NCBI GenBank assembly: GCA_030141605.1
Contig: JAQGDQ010000654.1
Location: forward strand, 1-64,000
Direction: 5' to 3'
From: Tubiluchus corallicola
Lineage: Eukaryota; Animalia; Priapulida
DNA length: 64,000 nucleotides
Below are positions 58,154 to 64,000 of this stretch, piece after piece. A program made the position numbers and the translations under genes. The notes under the pieces were generated by a model. That model was given only the letters and a program-made list of their open reading frames with translations. It was not told the DNA's origin and did no database searches. Position 1 is the stretch's first letter; every line of letters begins with the position of its first letter.

Positions 58154-59309
58154 TTGGTGAACCAATGGTGCACACTGGGGCGATGATGCAGTGCTATTGG
58201 TGGACCAATGGTGCACACTGGGGCGATGATGCAGTGCTATTGGTGGATCAATGGTGCACACTGGGACGATGATGCAGTGCTATTGGTGGACCAATGGTGC
58301 ACACTGGGACGATGATGCAGTGCTATTGGTGGATCAATGGTGCACACTGAGACGATGATGCAGTGCTATTGGTGGATCAATGGTGCACACTGGGATGGCG
58401 ATGCAGTGCTATTGGTGAATCAATGGTGCACACTGGGACGATGATGCAGTGCTATTGGTGTATCAATGGTGCACACTGAGACGATGATGCAGAGCTATTG
58501 GTGAATCAGTGGTGCACACTGGGATGGCGATGCAGTGCTATTGGTGAATCAATGGTGCACACTGGGACGATGATGCAGTGCTATTGGTGGATCAATGGTG
58601 CACACTGAGACGAAGATGCAGTGCTATTGGTGAATCAATGGTGCACACTGGGACGATGATGCAGTGTTATTGGTGAATCAGTGGTGCACACTGGGATGGC
58701 GATGCAGTGCTATTGGTGAATCAATGGTGCACACTGGAATGATGATGCAGTGCTATTGATGAATCAGTGGTGCACACTGGGATGGCGATGCAGTGCTATT
58801 GGTGAATCAATGGTGCACACTGGGACGATGATGCAGTGCTATTGGTGAACCAATGGTGCACACTGGGACGATGATGCAGTGCTATTGGTGAATCAATGGT
58901 GCACACCGGGACGATGATGCAGTGCTATTGGTGAATCAATGGTGCACACTGGGACGATGATGCAGTGCTATTGGTGAACCAATGGTGCACACTGAGACGA
59001 TGATGCAGTGCTATTAGTGGATCAATGGTGCACACTGAGACGATGATGCAGTGCTATTGGTGAACCAATGGTGCACACTGGGATGGCGATGCAGTGCTAT
59101 TGGTGGACCAATGGTGCACACCGGGACGATGATGCAGTGCTATTGGTGGATCAATGGTGCACACTGGGACGATGATGCAGTGCTATTGGTGAACCAATGG
59201 TGCACACTGGGACGATGATGCAGTGCTATTGGTGGATCAATGGTGCACACTGGGACGATGATGCAGTGGTATTGGTGAACCAATGGTGCACACTGGGACG
59301 GTGATGCAG
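58154..59309 (+). repeat. 43-bp minisatellite I, about 27 copies
   Basis: Unit TTGGTGAATCAATGGTGCACACTGGGACGATGATGCAGTGCTA. Confidence 0.96.
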
Positions 59310-59794
59310 CACCGTTTCACCAGGTGCTAAAGTGCGAATATTTTAAAATATTAAGAATTTTCCATTCCAATTACACACATCTTTCAAACAAGTAAACACA
59401 GTAATATAACTTTGTATGGAAGATATTTCGGGACCTTTGACAACAACCTTATCACTTGATGGTGGTCCTGAAAAACAGTATTGTTCAGTTAATTTCTGCG
59501 AAACTACAATGACAAATGTTAATCAGGGATCCAACAATTCACGGCTGCACTGCATCACTTACAATTTTACCCTGTAAGCCTATTTCCTATAATGACTTTG
59601 ACTTCCATTTTGATTCCACCATATTCTATTAGTGTTCATTTGTGATGTTTTAATCATATCTCTCACACAGAAGAATTATTGTTCTTGAATTTTCATTGCT
59701 GACAGCCATAGTACTTGTAATGTCATAATGATGACACGTTTTCTTATAGGTCTATAACTTCTCGAATTGATTAAAATGAATTGAAAACTGTTAA

Positions 59795-60251
59795 CCCTTT
59801 CAGTGCCAAATTATTTTTTAATAAGAAATTTTTTTTGGCTTGGTACTTTTGTTCAGTATGTCCATCTTGTTTACACATAATAATTATTTTTTTCTACCTG
59901 TGCCCGCGAGCTAAATATAGCCTGTACCCCACGGGATACATTGGGTTTCAATGGAAGCATAAAATGTGCTTCATTTTGCAACTGCTGATAATTTTTTAAA
60001 GTATTTAAGACATTTAGTATGCACGCTATACTGATCTGTACAAAGTCGTCTCTAAAGTTCTGTATCTAGCACAGTTTTTATGCTATGTAGATTTTCTAGT
60101 TTGCCATTTTATCACCATTTTTAGTCTATTGTTATTGGCTTAAATCAAAATAACTATTAACAGATCAAATAACTGTCAGCTTTAAATTTTTATTAATTTT
60201 AAAGGCAGAAAAAATTCTCCTATCCCACGTGATACAACGGGTATGAAAGGG
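59795..60251. mobile_element. piggyBac-like MITE
   Basis: TTAA|CCCTTTCA ... TGAAAGGG|TTAA; internal direct repeat CCCACG.GATACA..GGG near 59928 and 60225. Confidence 0.75.
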
Positions 60252-61174
60252 TTAAAGTTACAACACACGTGACTCGTGCTTCACTCAAGTGCATGGTTCA
60301 GATTGTATTCAACAGCCAGGTATGTACTAAGGTGGCTTTAGACAACCCTAATACTTTACTTCTTTTACCGCTTGTCATGCTCATGTTGAATTTAATTAAT
60401 TTCACTATAAAGCAGCAGGTAAAGGTATTGTGTTGCTGGATAATGAATAATGCTTTTTACCTGTCTCACACCTGTTTACCGGTTTGTTCCATTCGTTTTT
60501 GTGTCTTTCACACGTATACGATTAGAAATTTAATTTTGACGTATAGCTAGCAGCAACGACATACCAAACGTGTATATATTGTAGTCGTAAAATCATGTAT
60601 TTTAGGTCTGAAGATATTTGCAGATACTTTAAACCTGCCTTTCCATCCACTTTAACAATGCAATACTTACAGCGCATTGTTTCGCGTCGTTTGCATAGTA
60701 TGCACGATTAGCATTTATCATTGTAAACCACGTACAAATGATTTTCAAGCATTTTCTGTCAGTTACCTATCACAGGGCCCTACCGAGTTTACGAAAACCA
60801 CACAGTATGAATTAGATTAACAAGATCAGTAGTAATTAGCAATTAGCAAATCTGTGTTTAGTCACTTACGTTTGTAAATGTAAAATAATAGTGTAAACAC
60901 ATCTTATACAAAGTACAACAAAACCATCCACAGTAAAATAGGTTTATGTATTAAAGGTCTATGAAATCAGAATTTGTACGTTTAAGTGCAGGTCGAAGTT
61001 CTGCATTATCAGATACGGCAACGGCACATATATTTCGTATCAATTCGCAGGGCGTTCCGCCGTAGTTTTAATATCATTGATTTTTGATATTAGCTTGCCG
61101 GAGGTTATGCCGAAGCAAGCTAGCAAACTGGTATCGTAGTGGATCGAATCAGTAATAGAACTAAACTGAATTAA

Positions 61175-62254
61175 AGCACAAGAACACCCTCCACTTACTA
61201 AAAACTTTATACCACTTACATACTGCCTTTTTGCATACAGGGGTGAATTTTATACCACTTATGTACAGCCTTTTTGTATACAGGGGTGAATTTTATACCA
61301 CTTATATACTGCATTTTTGTATACAGGGGTGAATTTTATACCACTTACATACTGCCTTTTTGTACACAGGGGTGAATTTTATACCACTTACATACTGCCT
61401 TTTTGTACACAGGGGTGAATTTTATACCACACATACTGCATTTTTGTATACAGGGGTGAATTTTATACCACTTACATACTGCATTTTTGTACACAGGGGT
61501 GAATTTTATACCACTTACATACTGCCTTTTTGTATACAGGGGTGAATTTTATGCCACTTATATACTGCCTTTTTGTATACAGGGGTGAATTTTACACCAC
61601 TTACATACTGCCTTTTTGTATACAGGGGTGAATTTTATACCACTTACATACTGCCTTTTTGTATACAGGGTGAATTTTATACCACTTATGTACTGCCTTT
61701 TTGTATACAGGGGTGAATTTTACACCACTTACATACTGCCTTTTTGTATACAGGGGTGAATTTTATACCACTTATGTACTGCCTTTTCGTATACAGGGGT
61801 GAATTTTATACCACTTACATACTGCCTTTTTGTATACAGGGGTGAATTTTATACCACTTATGTACTGCCTTTTTGTATACAGGGTGAATTTTACACCACT
61901 TATATACTGCCTTTTTGCACAGAGGGGTGAATTTTATACCACTTATGTACTGCCTTTTTGTATACAGGGGTGAATTTTATACCACTTATATACTGCCTTT
62001 TTGTATACACGGGTGAATTTTACACCACTTACATACTGCCTTTTTGCACACAGGGATGAATTTTATACCACTTATGTACTGCCTTTTTGTATACAGGGGT
62101 GAATTTTATACCACTTATATACTGCCTTTTTGTATACACGGGTGAATTTTATACCACTTGCATACTGCCTTTTTGTACAGAAGGGTGAATTTTATACCAC
62201 TTACATACTGCCTTTTTGTATACAGGGGTGAATTTTATACCACTTACATACTGC
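61175..62254 (+). repeat. Family A left end followed by 43-bp minisatellite II, about 24 copies
   Basis: TTAA|AGCACAAGAACACCCTCCAC, then unit AATTTTATACCACTTACATACTGCCTTTTTGTATACAGGGGTG from about 61205. Confidence 0.95.
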
Positions 62255-62757
62255 ATTCTGCCTATAACTTTACTTCGGTAAAAGTTGCTGCTGGTGCTGC
62301 GTTAGGTAATTAATGAACGAACACTATGTAGGATGTTCGCGCATTTTCGATTATCGCTGCACACTATTCGCAACAGTATTACAGCGTAAAAAAGAGACCG
62401 AACAACTAAGTTTAACGGTTGTAACGAAAAACTCTAGTTGTCTAGATTAGTATGACTGACACCGTCTGGTACTTTTACATTTGCATTTGACCTGTCAGTG
62501 ATATTTCAGATTAAATATTCAAAGGATAGTTTAAAATGTAGCCTGCGTATAAGGAAGTATGTATAAAACTATGTTTGACTGATACGGAACGCGTCATTTC
62601 ACAAAAGCTCTGTCATAACAAGTCAAGCATTATCCAAAGTTAAAGACATTATTTAGTTTTTCATTTTACGAAAGCTGAAAAACTATTTAGTTCCCGAGAA
62701 AACAAAGATGAAGTATTACCTCCTGTTGGTGAGTTGTACTTTTCTTTACTTTGTTAA

Positions 62758-64000
62758 AGTGCAAGAAACCCCTTACTTATACAAAGCTTAGAATTTTTAT
62801 TTGAAAATTTTATATCACTTACCCGCTGTGTTATTGCATACAGAGCTTGCATTAGCAGTAACATCGCATGAAATTTGAACATTTAAACTCCTGCGATGAC
62901 CGTTAGTCGCAGCCATTTTCACGGTAAGCTTAAAATTTTTATTTGAAAATTTTATATCACTTACCTGCTGTGTTATTGCATACAGCGCTTGCATTAGCAG
63001 TAACGCTGTATAAAATTTGCACATTTAAACTTCTGCGATGACCGTTAGTCGCAGCCATTTTCACGTTAAGCTTAGAATTTTTATTTGAAAATTTTATATC
63101 ACTTACCTGCTGTGCTATTGCATACAGCGCTTGCATTAGCAGTAACGTCGTATGAAATTTGAACATTTAAACTCCCGCGGTGACTGTTAGTCGCAGCCAT
63201 TTTTAAGATAAAGTCGTTTGAAACAAGTTCAGAAAAACGTTACGTATAATTTGAAAAAATAATGAATGCATTCGCGTAGCATACAGTTCGCTAATAAGCT
63301 AAAGTTTTAATTACTTTATACTGTCAATAAGATTTAAAATACATTTTTTGCTGAACAGTGGTGCACCCTGGTGAGGTGATACAGTAACATTTTATCACTT
63401 GGCCTGAGCATTTAAATTACTAAGAATTTTCTTTTCTAGTTACATAAATCTTACAGGCAAGTAATCATAATGCTAAGTAATGCTACATAAATCTTACAGG
63501 CAAGTAAGCATAATGCTAAGTAATACAACATAAATCTTACAGGCAAGTAAGCATAATGCTAAGTAATACTACATAAATCTTACAAGCAAGTAAGCATAAT
63601 GCTAAGTAATACTACATAAATCTTACAAGCAAGTAAGCATAATGCTAAGTAATACTACATAAATCTTACAGGCAAGTAAGCATAATGCTAAGTAATACTA
63701 CATAAATCTTACAGGCAAGTAAGCATAATGCTAAGTAATACTACATAAATCTTACAGGCAAGTAAGCATAATGCTAAGTAATACTACATAAATCTTACAA
63801 GCAAGTAAGCATCATGCTAAGTAATACTACATAAATCTTACAAGCAAGTAAGCATAATGCTAAGTAATACTACATAAATCTTACAGGCAAGTAAGCATAA
63901 TGCTAAGTAATACTACATAAATCTTACAGGCAAGTAAGCATAATGCTAAGTAATACGATTTTGTGTGGAAAATCTTTTGGGACACGTATTTTAAAATTGC
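62758..64000 (+). mobile_element. Family A copy holding a 142-bp triplication and minisatellite III; runs off the window
   Basis: TTAA|AGTGCAAGAAACCCC; family A sequence before, between and after the arrays. Confidence 0.8.
63441..63956 (+). repeat. 43-bp minisatellite III, 12 copies
   Basis: Unit TACATAAATCTTACAGGCAAGTAAGCATAATGCTAAGTAATAC; 516 bp = 12 x 43. Confidence 0.96.

Noticed and set aside
58154-59309. CRISPR-like appearance of this and the other 34-50 bp arrays
   Set aside because: Units are head to tail with no unique spacers, there are no cas genes, and the context is eukaryotic.

Overview
Eukaryotic, AT-rich, repeat-dense invertebrate-type genomic DNA with spliceosomal GT-AG introns; nothing prokaryotic. 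Three protein-coding genes can be assembled by hand. (1) A plus-strand SLC6/SNF Na+-coupled amino-acid transporter of the GlyT/PROT/ATB0,+ type, with 14 phase-compatible coding exons from 6902 to 36953; its 5' end is unresolved. (2) A minus-strand two-exon Golgi carbohydrate 6-O-sulfotransferase (CHST1/3/4/5-like, 41542-44056). (3) A minus-strand two-exon TMEM86/YhhN lysoplasmalogenase-like gene (51058-54862). The rest is non-autonomous DNA transposons (TTAA-flanked Kolobok-like and piggyBac-like; hAT-like with 8-bp TSDs), two LINE 3' remnants, microsatellites and many minisatellites. Most long ORFs in the supplied track are simple-repeat artefacts. The most unusual signals are: three unrelated 43-bp tandem arrays, each amplified from a different segment of the same transposon family; a 19-bp satellite copied with identical variant order into two neighbouring introns; a minisatellite whose unit includes the SLC6 stop codon; and two substitutions in the predicted chloride site of the transporter. 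I see no convincing new multi-gene system. Transposon superfamily names rest on termini and TSDs only, and no database search was run.
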